NCBI GenBank assembly: GCA_017881185.1
Contig: JADGRE010000002.1
Span: 9,158-73,157, forward strand
DNA from: Pseudomonadota bacterium
GTDB lineage: Bacteria; Myxococcota_A; Polyangia; Polyangiales; JAFGIB01
DNA: 64,000 nucleotides
Direction of reading: 5' to 3'
In this document: positions 8,744 to 18,808 of the stretch, one piece after another
How the letters are laid out: each line of letters begins with the position of its first letter
Position numbering within the stretch: the stretch's first letter is position 1
Translations under genes and position numbers: made by a program
Notes under the pieces: generated by a model
Seen by the model: the letters and a program-made list of their open reading frames with translations, nothing else
Databases searched by the model: none
What the model was told of the DNA's origin: nothing

Positions 8744-9002
8744 GCCGCAGCAGCCAGTGCTTCCGCGCCGACCAGTGGCTGCTCTTCGAGCAGACGAGCC
8801 CGGCCAGTTTCGGTGGTCGGGGCCGGGGGCTCGGCCATTTGTTCACGCAGCAGGGCGTACTGGTCGCGAGCGTGGCGCAGGAAGGCCTCTTGCGGCAGGT
8901 GGACCCGTCGCGTTCCGCCTAGCTTGGGGTCAGTCGCCGGCTCGACAATTGCCGTCGAATCCGTTACTTCAGCGCCGTCAATCTCGCTTGGTGAGGACCG
9001 CT

Positions 9003-10293
<1,291 letters not shown>

Positions 10294-10310
<17 letters not shown>

Positions 10311-11922
10311 GCTCGTTACTGGCGAAGTACTCGCCGAGCTTGGCCTGGGCCTGCGGACCGAAGAGGATCTCGCAGGCCTCGACCAGTCCGGGTGCGTCGC
10401 GAATGCGATCGGGCCGCGCGATCAGCGCGATCTTGCTGCGACGACGCAGGAAGTCCTCGAGCTTCTCCACCATCTCGCGGCGCGCGGCGTGGTGCAGCTC
10501 GCAGCGGATGTATTCGGTGCCGCGGATCAGCACCTGCGCCATGCGTGGGTCCTGACGGATGTCGTCGAGTAGGGCCAGCGCGGCCGCTTGGTAGCGACGC
10601 CACAGCCGCGTGCTGAGCGGCTCGTACGACTCTTTGGCGGTCATGGCGTCCAGCTCCATGAGCCGCGCTTGGTGGAAGAACTCGTCGCGCACTTCGTCGG
10701 GTGGCTCGCCGTACCAGCGCCGGTCGGGGTAGGGCAAGTCGATGCCCAGCGCGTGCACTGCCCTCGCGACCTCGCTGCCGACGTTCAAGCAATCGGTGAG
10801 CTTGCCGCCGAAGATGCTGATGTGGCGCTGCACTTCGTTCACGTCGACGGCGTGCTTGCGCGACAGTGAGGTCCAGTCTCGGCCACCGGTGCCGGAGGCG
10901 CCCGCGTCGACGACCAGCGGTCGTGCTCCGCAGCGCTCAGCGATCACGTCTGCCGCCGTCAGCGGCCGCGCGAGCTTCAAGCGCTTGTTGGCGTTGTCCA
11001 AGATGAACTGGCGGTCTTCGTCGGTGACGTGTGGCGGCAGCTCTTCGATGCGTGTGTCGGTTGTGCCGATGCAGGACGAAGGCCCCAACGGAATCACGAA
11101 GAACAGGCGTCCGTCGTCGGCGAAGAAGGTGAGCACACGCGTGGCCTCGGTGATGCGTGGCACGATCAGGTGCACGCCCTTGGAGAACACGTGTTTGTGC
11201 GCCGTGGTCTGCCCGGCAGCCGCGTTGTTCGCGTCGACATAGGGGCCGGTCGCGTTGATCAGCACGCGCGAGCGGATGGTGCGCTCGCGGCCATCGATTG
11301 CGTCGCGCACACGCGTGTTCCACAGGCCATCGAGGTTGCGGTTGGTCTCCACGCAGCGCACGTAGTTGACGGCGATGGCGCCGCAGTCGAGCGCGGCGCG
11401 GATGAAGCCGAACACGAAGCGCGCGTCGTTGTCGACCAGGTAGGCGTCGGAGTATTCGAAGCCGCCGGGGCCGCGGGGTCGCACCACCGGTTCGTCGCGC
11501 ACTAGTTCGTCTTGTGTGAGCAGGCGTGGTCGGCGCGTGAAGAAGCCGCCGATGGCCCAGTACAAGAGCGTGCCCAGAAAGAGCTTGAAGCGGCTGTGCC
11601 GAAAGCCGCTCTCGACGCTGGTCAGAAAGCGGATCTCGCGCACCGACGACGGATACGCACGCAGCAAACGGTTGCGCGAGCGACACAGCTTGCGCACGAG
11701 GCCCAGCTCGCCGCTCTCCAGATACTTGATGCCGCCCCAGACCAGGTTCGACGACTCTTGACTGGTGAAACCCGCGAAGTCGCCTTGGTCGATCAACGCC
11801 ACACTCGCACCGCGCACGGCGAGCGCCGACGCGCTCACCGCGCCGTTGATGCCGCCGCCGACGATGAGCACGTCGTAGACCTTCCGGTCGAGCTTCTCGA
11901 GGTTGTTCTGCCTCAGCTTCAT
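10294..11922 (-). CDS. glpD: FAD-dependent glycerol-3-phosphate dehydrogenase
   Basis: MKLRQNNLEKLDRKVYDVLIVGGGINGAVSA dinucleotide-binding N-terminus, then GFTSQESSNLVWGGIKYLE. The ATG at 11922 lies within a longer shadow-extended ORF. Confidence 0.8.
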
Positions 11923-12005
11923 GATGCCAGCACCCGCGCTGCCCAGAATGCTACACGCCCCGCCGCCGGGCGCTCGCTTTCTTGCGTGGGCTCGCGCGCC
12001 TGTCG

Positions 12006-12845
12006 CTACGCGAACTTCTTGTGGGGGACCAGGTCTTCGAACACGGGCTTGCGCTTCTCGCTCTTGGCCGCGAACGACTCGAACATGTCGGCCGGTTGAA
12101 ACATGCCCGTCTGCCACGCCGCCATGTAGCTCAAGCTGTCCTGCACGCTGTGGTCGCGGGCGTAGTTGAGCATCTCCTTGGTGCCGTGGATCGCGAGCGG
12201 CGAGTGCTCGGCGATCTCTCTGGCGATGTCCATCACTGCGCCGAGCATGGCCTCGTGCGTGTCGAATACTTCGTTCACCAGGCCCACTTCCTTCGCGCGT
12301 GCCGCGGGCAGGCGTCGGCCGGTGAACGCCAGCTCGCGCACCACGCCCGCGGGGATGAGCTTGGGCAGACGTTGTAGCGTGCCGCAGTCGGCGACCATGC
12401 CGAGGTTGGTCTCCTGGATGCAGAAGAACGCGTCCTTGGTGCAGTAGCGCGCGTCGCACGCGGCGATCATGTCGACGCCGCCGCCGATGCAGCCGCCCTG
12501 GACGGCCGCGAGCACCGGCATGCGCGCTTGTTCGAAGGCGTTGAAGCTGTCTTGCAGCTCGAGCACGGTGCGCCGAAGCATCTCGCGCAAGCGGCCCACT
12601 TCGGTCGTGCCGACCGGTGCGAGGCCTTCGCCGCTGAACACGCTGAGATCCATGCCGGCGGTGAAGTGCTTGCCGCTCGAGGAGATCACGAGCACACGCG
12701 CGGTGCTTGCGGCATCGAGCGCGCGGACAGCGGCCGGCAGCTCGACCCAGAACTTGCGCGTCATGCTGTTGAGCTCGGTCGGGCGCTTGAAGCGCAGGTG
12801 AGCGATCTTGTCGGTGAGCTCGATGTCGAAGCAGGTGTAAGTCAT
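12006..12845 (-). CDS. Enoyl-CoA hydratase/isomerase (crotonase) family protein
   Basis: Motifs VLVISSSGKHFTAGMDL and AAVQGGCIGGGVDMIAACD. Start is at MTYTCFD (12845). Confidence 0.8.
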   Translation of the reverse strand: MTYTCFDIELTDKIAHLRFKRPTELNSMTRKFWVELPAAVRALDAASTARVLVISSSGKHFTAGMDLSVFSGEGLAPVGTTEVGRLREMLRRTVLELQDSFNAFEQARMPVLAAVQGGCIGGGVDMIAACDARYCTKDAFFCIQETNLGMVADCGTLQRLPKLIPAGVVRELAFTGRRLPAARAKEVGLVNEVFDTHEAMLGAVMDIAREIAEHSPLAIHGTKEMLNYARDHSVQDSLSYMAAWQTGMFQPADMFESFAAKSEKRKPVFEDLVPHKKFA

Positions 12846-12970
12846 GGGTCCTCGGTTGCCCATCGCATACCATGGATCCACGCGCCGGCCCACGGGCGAG
12901 CCGTGACGCTTGCGCTGCGGACGTAGCGCTAGGACAATGCCCGCCGCATTCGCCAGAAGGAGCACGCTGC

Positions 12971-13528
12971 ATGGCCATTCGCAAAGTCGCTCGGCTCGGC
13001 CACCCGGTCTTGCGCGAGAAAGCGCGCGAGCTGACCCGCGAGGAGATCTCCACGCCCGAGATGCGGCGGCTGGTGCGCGACATGGTCGAGACCATGCACG
13101 AGTACGGCGGAGTAGGCCTGGCGGCACCGCAGGTTCACGAGTCGGTGCGCCTGGCCGTCATTCAATTCGAGGCGGACAACGAGCGCTACGAAGGCGAGGG
13201 CAAGCAACCACTGCTGGTGCTCTTCAACGCACGCGTGAAGGTGCTCGATGCCACGCTCTCCGGCTTCTGGGAAGGTTGCTTGTCTGTGCCGGGGCTGCGC
13301 GGCTACGTGGAGCGGCCGAGCAAGGTCGAGGTGAGCTACCTCGACGAGCGCGGCAAGCCCAAGACCATGCAGGCCGAGGGCTTCCTGGCGACCGTGTTTC
13401 AACACGAGCTCGATCACCTCGACGGCGTGCTGTACGTCGACAAGATCGCCGACAAGGCCAAGCTCGCGTTCATCGAAGAGTACGGTCGCTACCACGCGCC
13501 CGAGGGCGAAGACACGCCGCCCGAGTGA
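12971..13528 (+). CDS. def: Peptide deformylase
   Basis: The three PDF motifs are present: GVGLAAPQV, EGCLSVPG and HELDHLDG. Start is at MAIRKVARLGHP. Confidence 0.9.
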   Translation: MAIRKVARLGHPVLREKARELTREEISTPEMRRLVRDMVETMHEYGGVGLAAPQVHESVRLAVIQFEADNERYEGEGKQPLLVLFNARVKVLDATLSGFWEGCLSVPGLRGYVERPSKVEVSYLDERGKPKTMQAEGFLATVFQHELDHLDGVLYVDKIADKAKLAFIEEYGRYHAPEGEDTPPE

Positions 13529-13567
13529 GTGGTTGCCTGCCCTGCGCGCCCGCTGCTGGTGCGCTGC

Positions 13568-14146
13568 TCAGCGCTTGCGGTTGGTGCGCACTTTCACGAG
13601 ATTCACGTCGCCGCCGCAGTAGATGTCGAGTGCGCTGGCGGCTGCCACCGCTTTGCGCGCGGCTGTCTCGGCATTCACGCGCGGTGCGTAGACCGTGTGC
13701 AGGGCGCCGAGCGCATAGGGTGCGCCCGAGCCCACGGCGTAGTAGTTCGCGAACTCGGTGACGCTCATGTCGCACGCGACGTAGAAGATGCCCTTGGGGC
13801 TCGCCACCAGGAACGCGGCGTCGAGATCGCCGAACGGCGAATCGGTCTCACTGCATTGATCGTTCACGAAGGCGTAGCGGTCGTGCAGCGCTTTCCAGAA
13901 GTTGCGAAAGAACGAGAAGATCGATGCGCTGTCGGTGAGACGCGGCGTCCGACCCGATTTCAGGTAGTCGTCCAGGATGTTCGTGTAGATACCCCAGCCC
14001 GTGGTCGCGATGTATGCCGCGCCAATCTTGCGAAGCTTGATGTCGCGCAGGTTGGCTTCGGGCACGGCACCTGAGCCGAAGGTGCGCTTGCTGTCGGTGG
14101 CAAGCACGATTTCGTTGTCCGCGCGAACGGCTACGGCGATGGACAT
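13568..14146 (-). CDS. Stand-alone proteasome-beta / HslV-like Ntn-hydrolase family protein
   Basis: MSIAVAVRADNEIVLATDSKR matches the N-terminal strand plus the Asp17-like D and Lys33-like K context (IKLRKIG). YAVGSGAPYALGAL matches the GSG..YA.G motif of beta subunits. Confidence 0.6.
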   Translation of the reverse strand: MSIAVAVRADNEIVLATDSKRTFGSGAVPEANLRDIKLRKIGAAYIATTGWGIYTNILDDYLKSGRTPRLTDSASIFSFFRNFWKALHDRYAFVNDQCSETDSPFGDLDAAFLVASPKGIFYVACDMSVTEFANYYAVGSGAPYALGALHTVYAPRVNAETAARKAVAAASALDIYCGGDVNLVKVRTNRKR

Positions 14147-14315
14147 GTAACAGAGTCTCCTGGCTCGGGTGAGGCGTGCGGGTCGCGCAGACTACACCCG
14201 AGTCGTGCGCCAAGATACCCAAGACACAGCGGCTTTTTAGCGGGCCGGAAGCGTCGTGGCTTAGCATCGGCGCGGCCGAGATCAAAGCGTTCTTCTCATG
14301 ACGGGGCAGGGCAGT

Positions 14316-15113
14316 ATGCAAGTTCGCATCGGAACCAGCGGTTACCAATACAAGCAGTGGCGCGGCTCGTTCTACGGCGAGAAGTGCAAAGACGCCGACA
14401 TGCTGGCCGCGTATGCCACGCAACTCGACAGCGTCGAGATCAACAACACCTTCTACCGGATGCCCAAGCGCGAGGTGCTCGCGCGCTGGGCGCAGCAGGT
14501 GCCCGAGAGCTTCCGCTTCGCCATCAAGGCGCCGCAGCGCATCACGCACGTGCAACGCTTGAAGGCGGAAGATGACTCGCTCGAGCTCCTGCTCGAAAAC
14601 TTGCAGGTGCTCGGGGACAAGCTCGGCGTGGTCTTGTTCCAGCTGCCGCCATTTTTGCGCAAGGATGAAGAGCGGCTCGGCAAGTTCCTGGAGCGGCTGC
14701 CCAAGGGCCTGCCCGTGAGCTTCGAGTTTCGCCACGAGAGCTGGAACGACGCTGCGGTGCATGCGCAGCTGCGCGAGCATGGCGCTGCGCTGTGCACGGC
14801 CGATGTCGATGAGGGTGACTGCGAGCTCGTCGCGACCGCCCGCTTCGGTTACTTGCGCTTGCGTCGCGAGCTGTATTCCGACGCCGAGCTGGCCGCCTGG
14901 GCTGCGCGCATCGAGGCGCAGGCATGGGAGCGCGCGTTCGTGTACTTCAAGCATGAAGACGACGCCACGGTGCTCGCTCGGCGTTTGCGCGCGTGCTTCG
15001 AAGGCTCGGCGCGAGCGCTCGCCAGCGAGGGACCCGATGCGCGGCCTGACGTGCGGCCCAGCGTGGCTAAGGCGCGGCCCAAGCCCGCCAAGGTTCGCAA
15101 GCAAGCCGGCTGA
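14316..15113 (+). CDS. DUF72 (YecE/UPF0759) family protein
   Basis: MQVRIGTSGYQYKQWRGSFY ... INNTFYRMP ... FRFAIKAP ... FEFRHESW. An upstream ATG at 14298 is also possible. Confidence 0.75.
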   Translation: MQVRIGTSGYQYKQWRGSFYGEKCKDADMLAAYATQLDSVEINNTFYRMPKREVLARWAQQVPESFRFAIKAPQRITHVQRLKAEDDSLELLLENLQVLGDKLGVVLFQLPPFLRKDEERLGKFLERLPKGLPVSFEFRHESWNDAAVHAQLREHGAALCTADVDEGDCELVATARFGYLRLRRELYSDAELAAWAARIEAQAWERAFVYFKHEDDATVLARRLRACFEGSARALASEGPDARPDVRPSVAKARPKPAKVRKQAG

Positions 15114-15184
15114 CGGCTGGCGGACGGCCGTGGCCTGGTCGCGCGCCTTGAAATCGCAGCAAAAGCGGGTCATGAACTCCCCCC

Positions 15185-16183
15185 ATGTCGGGTGATTTCA
15201 ATCCCAAGGTCGCGCTGGTCACCGGCGCCAGTGGTTTCGTCGGTGGACGTCTGCGCCAGGCGCTCTTGCGCGATGGCTGGGACGTGGTCGCACTCACGCG
15301 TGCCGGCTCGCCCGCACCCAAGGAAGGTCGTGCGGCCGCGGTCGATTACGCTGACCCCGCGAGCTTGCAGCGCGTCGTGGAGCGCGAGCGCCCCGAAATT
15401 GTCTACCACGTCGCCGGTGCCACCAAGGGCGTGCACTACGACGACTTCTTCCGCGGCAACGTCATGCCTACGCGCAACCTGGCGATCGCGCTGCGCAACG
15501 CGCATCCGACGGTGGGACGTCTGCTGCATCTGTCGTCGCTCACGGCCTACGGCCCCTCCACACCCGACGAGCCACGCGTCGAGACCCACGAGCGCAAGCC
15601 TGTCGAGCACTACGGTCGCAGCAAGCTCGAAGCAGAGCTCGTGCTCGAACGCGAGATCGGCAGCAGCGTGCCTTGGACGATCATTCGTCCCGCCGCCGTG
15701 TACGGTCCCGGTGACGTCGACAACTTCGAGCTGTACAAGCTGGCCGTGCGTCGCCTCAACCTGTTCTACGGCAATCGCGAAGGTTGGCTGTCGGCGGTGC
15801 ACGTCGATGACGTGGTGCGCGCGATTCGCGACGCCGCGCACAGCCCCGCGAGCATCGGCAGAGGCTACTTCATCTGCGACGGCAAGCCGCTCACCTGGGA
15901 GCAATATCAAGGCGAGATCGTGCAAGCCACGGGCAAGCCGGCGTTCAATCTGAACTTGCCGGCCGCCAGTGTCGACCTCGCCGGGATTTTCGGCGAGCTC
16001 GCGACGCGCATCGACGGCAAGCCGCGTTTGTTCAACCGTCAGAAGGCCAAGCTCGGCAAGCAAGTTGCGTGGACCTGCCGCCACGACGCCGCACGCAGCG
16101 ACTTCGGCTACGTCCCGCAGATCCCTCTGCGCGAAGGCGTGGCCGACACGCTGCAGTGGTACCGCTCGCAGGGTTGGCTCTAA
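15185..16183 (+). CDS. NAD-dependent epimerase/dehydratase (extended SDR) family protein
   Basis: VTGASGFVGGRL (GxxGxxG) and YGRSKLEAE (YxxxK). Confidence 0.8.
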   Translation: MSGDFNPKVALVTGASGFVGGRLRQALLRDGWDVVALTRAGSPAPKEGRAAAVDYADPASLQRVVERERPEIVYHVAGATKGVHYDDFFRGNVMPTRNLAIALRNAHPTVGRLLHLSSLTAYGPSTPDEPRVETHERKPVEHYGRSKLEAELVLEREIGSSVPWTIIRPAAVYGPGDVDNFELYKLAVRRLNLFYGNREGWLSAVHVDDVVRAIRDAAHSPASIGRGYFICDGKPLTWEQYQGEIVQATGKPAFNLNLPAASVDLAGIFGELATRIDGKPRLFNRQKAKLGKQVAWTCRHDAARSDFGYVPQIPLREGVADTLQWYRSQGWL

Positions 16184-16207
16184 GCTCACAAGCGGGTCGA
16201 GCCACGC

Positions 16208-16558
16208 ATGATCGAAGGCCTCTTCGTGTTCGGCGTGGTGGGGCTCTTGGTGGTGCTCGGGTTCAGCGCGCTGTTTCTGTCGCTCGAGACCATCGTGATC
16301 GTGGGCGTGGCGTGCGTGGCTGTCGGCATCGCTGTCGGCTTGCCCGCCGGAACCTACTACCACCTCAAGCTCTATCGCTGTGTTGCAGCGCGCGGCCCCG
16401 TACCACGGCGCTTCTGGCTATCGCCCACGCAATTCCACGCCGACCTCGAGCCCGCGCAGTGGCGAGACGTCGCGCCCTGGTTCGTCATGGGCGGCGCCGG
16501 CTTCATGTTGATCGTGCTCGGCTGCTTGATCGTGATGGTGGGCGTGCTGCGCGCTTGA
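16208..16558 (+). CDS. Small integral membrane protein (116 aa, about 3 TM)
   Basis: High GC3 and three long hydrophobic stretches. No family recognised. Confidence 0.6.
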   Translation: MIEGLFVFGVVGLLVVLGFSALFLSLETIVIVGVACVAVGIAVGLPAGTYYHLKLYRCVAARGPVPRRFWLSPTQFHADLEPAQWRDVAPWFVMGGAGFMLIVLGCLIVMVGVLRA

Positions 16559-16609
16559 CGCGCCGCCTGCCCACTGGTCCTCGAGAGCTGCCAGCCCGCG
16601 CGGCCGTCG

Positions 16610-18139
16610 CTACTTGTTCAGCGCCTTCATCGCCACGGCACGCACCGTAGCGTCTTCGTCTTGCGTGGCGGCCTGCAGCGCTGCACCGAAGAGCTCGGGG
16701 TCCAGCTTGCTCATCGCGCGCACCGCGTAGTAGCGGATGAGCGAGTTGTCGGACTTCTGGTCCTTCTCGAGACGCTGGCTGACGCGCTTCTTTACGTCTT
16801 CCGAGTCGCTCTCTTTGAACTCTTTGACCAGCTGATCGTAGGCGTCACGGTCGGGCATCGACGCCGTGTGTGGCGGCGGGATCGACGCGGCCGGGCGCGT
16901 GGTGTCGCGCACGGTGGTGATGGGCGTCGCCGCGGGCTTACGCACAGGCGCCGGCTTCGGCGGCAAGCGCGACGGGATGTCGCCCGACGAGGTGTCGGTG
17001 AGGCGACGACGCACGGTGCCTGGGCTCGTGCGGAACAGCTCATACTCTTCGATCTCGCCCAGATCGAGACCCGACAAACCGCGCTGCAACTTCGCGCGCA
17101 GCTGGCCGCCCTCACGCTTGGCGGCAGCGACCATCTCCTGGATGCCGTCGGGCAAGGCCTGCGACGAGCAGAACACCCGCAGCGTGGCCAGGCCCTGCTT
17201 GTCGCTCGTGCGGTACACGCCCATGTGGATGGCGGCGCCGCCGGTCTCGTCCTTCAGCTGTTCGTTGATGTGCTCGAAGAAGGTGTACGGTGTGTCGGCG
17301 AGCAACGAGTCGGGCGCTTCGATGACCACGCCCATGTACGAGACGTTCTCGAGCTGAAAGCCTTCGGGGTTGATGCTGCTGTGCAGGATGCCGTCGCGCA
17401 CGGCCTGGACCACGGCGTCGACCGACAGCCGCGGCAGCGTGGTGGACGCGAAAGTGATGATGCCGCCCGAGAGCAGCAAGGTGCGGAAGTCTTCGCCATC
17501 GAGCGAGCGGATCGCCGTGATGTCGTCGCGGCTGTTCAGCTGGTTGAGCGCGTCGAGCGGCTCGGCGATGATCTTGTTGATCTCGGCGTAGTACTTGTCG
17601 AGTGACACCGCACCGTGGTTCTTCGCCAGGCGCGCGTTGTCGACGAACACCCAGCCGAGCAGGTTCTCTTTGACCAGCTCGTTCACGGCGCGCACCGCGT
17701 TCACCTTGGCGATGCCGCTCTCGTGCTCGTTCGGCAAGGTGGCGAGCACCAGCAAGGGCAATGAAAGATCGGCCAGCGTGCGGATGAGCTCGGCCACGGC
17801 CGAGCCGGTGCCACCGCCGAGGCCGGCGGTGATGAGCACTGCGTCTGCGCCCGCGGCGTGCTCCGAGATGCGCTCGCGGATCTTGCCGGCGTGCACCGTG
17901 ATGCACTCGCGGCCGTAGCTGAGATCCGAGCCAGCGCCGTCGTAGCCGTCGATGCCGATGTACATGCGCTGCTCTTCGGGCAGCGACAGGCCGCTCCTGG
18001 AGAGCGACTTGAGGTCGGTGTCCGCGGTGTTGAGCGCGATGGCGCGGTAACCGCGACGCGCGAACTCTGCTGCGAGGTTTCCACCCGCTTGGCCCAGACC
18101 CACGATGACGATCTCGATAGCTTTCCCAGCTGGCTTCAC
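16610..18139 (-). CDS. Divergent tubulin/FtsZ-superfamily GTPase with Pro-rich linker and C-terminal HEAT-like repeats
   Basis: Motifs IVGLGQAGGN, TAGLGGGTGSA (tubulin signature), NEHESG, FVDNARL and SLDGEDFRTLL, with tail YYAVRAMSKLDP...DEDATVRAVAMKALNK. The GTG at 18139 follows GGAGGAA; the track ATG at 18169 has no SD. Confidence 0.75.
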   Translation of the reverse strand: MKPAGKAIEIVIVGLGQAGGNLAAEFARRGYRAIALNTADTDLKSLSRSGLSLPEEQRMYIGIDGYDGAGSDLSYGRECITVHAGKIRERISEHAAGADAVLITAGLGGGTGSAVAELIRTLADLSLPLLVLATLPNEHESGIAKVNAVRAVNELVKENLLGWVFVDNARLAKNHGAVSLDKYYAEINKIIAEPLDALNQLNSRDDITAIRSLDGEDFRTLLLSGGIITFASTTLPRLSVDAVVQAVRDGILHSSINPEGFQLENVSYMGVVIEAPDSLLADTPYTFFEHINEQLKDETGGAAIHMGVYRTSDKQGLATLRVFCSSQALPDGIQEMVAAAKREGGQLRAKLQRGLSGLDLGEIEEYELFRTSPGTVRRRLTDTSSGDIPSRLPPKPAPVRKPAATPITTVRDTTRPAASIPPPHTASMPDRDAYDQLVKEFKESDSEDVKKRVSQRLEKDQKSDNSLIRYYAVRAMSKLDPELFGAALQAATQDEDATVRAVAMKALNK

Positions 18140-18455
18140 GGCTTCCTCCGTTTCACACCCCCGGTACATTGGGGACGGCCACTATAGACCCGGCTTTTGG
18201 CCGGAGTCCATCGCCACCGGCTCGTGTTTCAGAGGTTGGGACGGGGGCCGTGAGAAGAAGCGATCACGGCGCCGTCTTGCTGCAGCAGTGGAAGCCGACG
18301 TTGGGCAGGCGCAGGTCGGCCGCGCCGACCGGGCAGTCGAAGTCGCAGCGCAGGCCCGCCGGCAGGTTGTTGCCGCACGCCGGGTCGATCGTGTCGGGCT
18401 GCCGTTGTCGGCTTCGTCGCACCCTTGGGTTTCGGGATGTTATGCTGCTTGAGCC

Positions 18456-18806
18456 ATGTCGAGTCAGACCACGATTCCGAAGCCGAACGCCATCGTCGTG
18501 GTCGTCGGGGGCCCCGCCGATCTCATCGCCGCAACGCGCCAGGCCGCCGGCGTTGCAGCAGCGGCCCGGCTCGAGACCGCGGAGATCGGCAACGCGGCCA
18601 CGGTGGTTGCGACCCACCGGCCCTTCGCCATCGTCATGAGCGAAGACGTGTATGCGTTCGATTCCGCGGAGTTCGAGGCGCTGGCGCGCGACGTCAACGC
18701 CGTGCTCATCCGCATCGACATCGACAACGCAACCAAGGCGAAGCTCGAGCGCACGCTCATGCCGAAGCTCGGTCAGGCGCACCGCAAGCGCTCGGCGCTC
18801 GAGTAG
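18456..18806 (+). CDS. Hypothetical 116-aa protein (alternating beta/alpha pattern)
   Basis: High-GC3 ORF with plausible composition (IVVVVGGP ... PFAIVMSEDVY ... VLIRIDID). Divergent from the tubulin-like gene. No family recognised. Confidence 0.55.
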   Translation: MSSQTTIPKPNAIVVVVGGPADLIAATRQAAGVAAAARLETAEIGNAATVVATHRPFAIVMSEDVYAFDSAEFEALARDVNAVLIRIDIDNATKAKLERTLMPKLGQAHRKRSALE

Positions 18807-18808
18807 CT

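Noticed and set aside
8292-9002. Long 5' extensions of track ORFs: the FKBP gene here, and likewise 11923-13095, 12846-13127, 21376-22515, 34423-36162, 38652-39236, 48472-48888 and 31860-32666.
   Set aside because: The upstream parts are Arg/Pro-rich and overlap other well-supported genes. Internal starts are followed immediately by signal peptides or conserved N-terminal motifs, and these were used instead.
18264-18400. Cys-containing tail (DPACGNNLPAGLRCDFDCPVGAADL...HCC) of a minus-strand ORF in the intergenic region upstream of the tubulin-like gene.
   Set aside because: No start codon lies within the intergenic part. The rest of the ORF is an Arg-rich shadow of the 18456-18806 gene.
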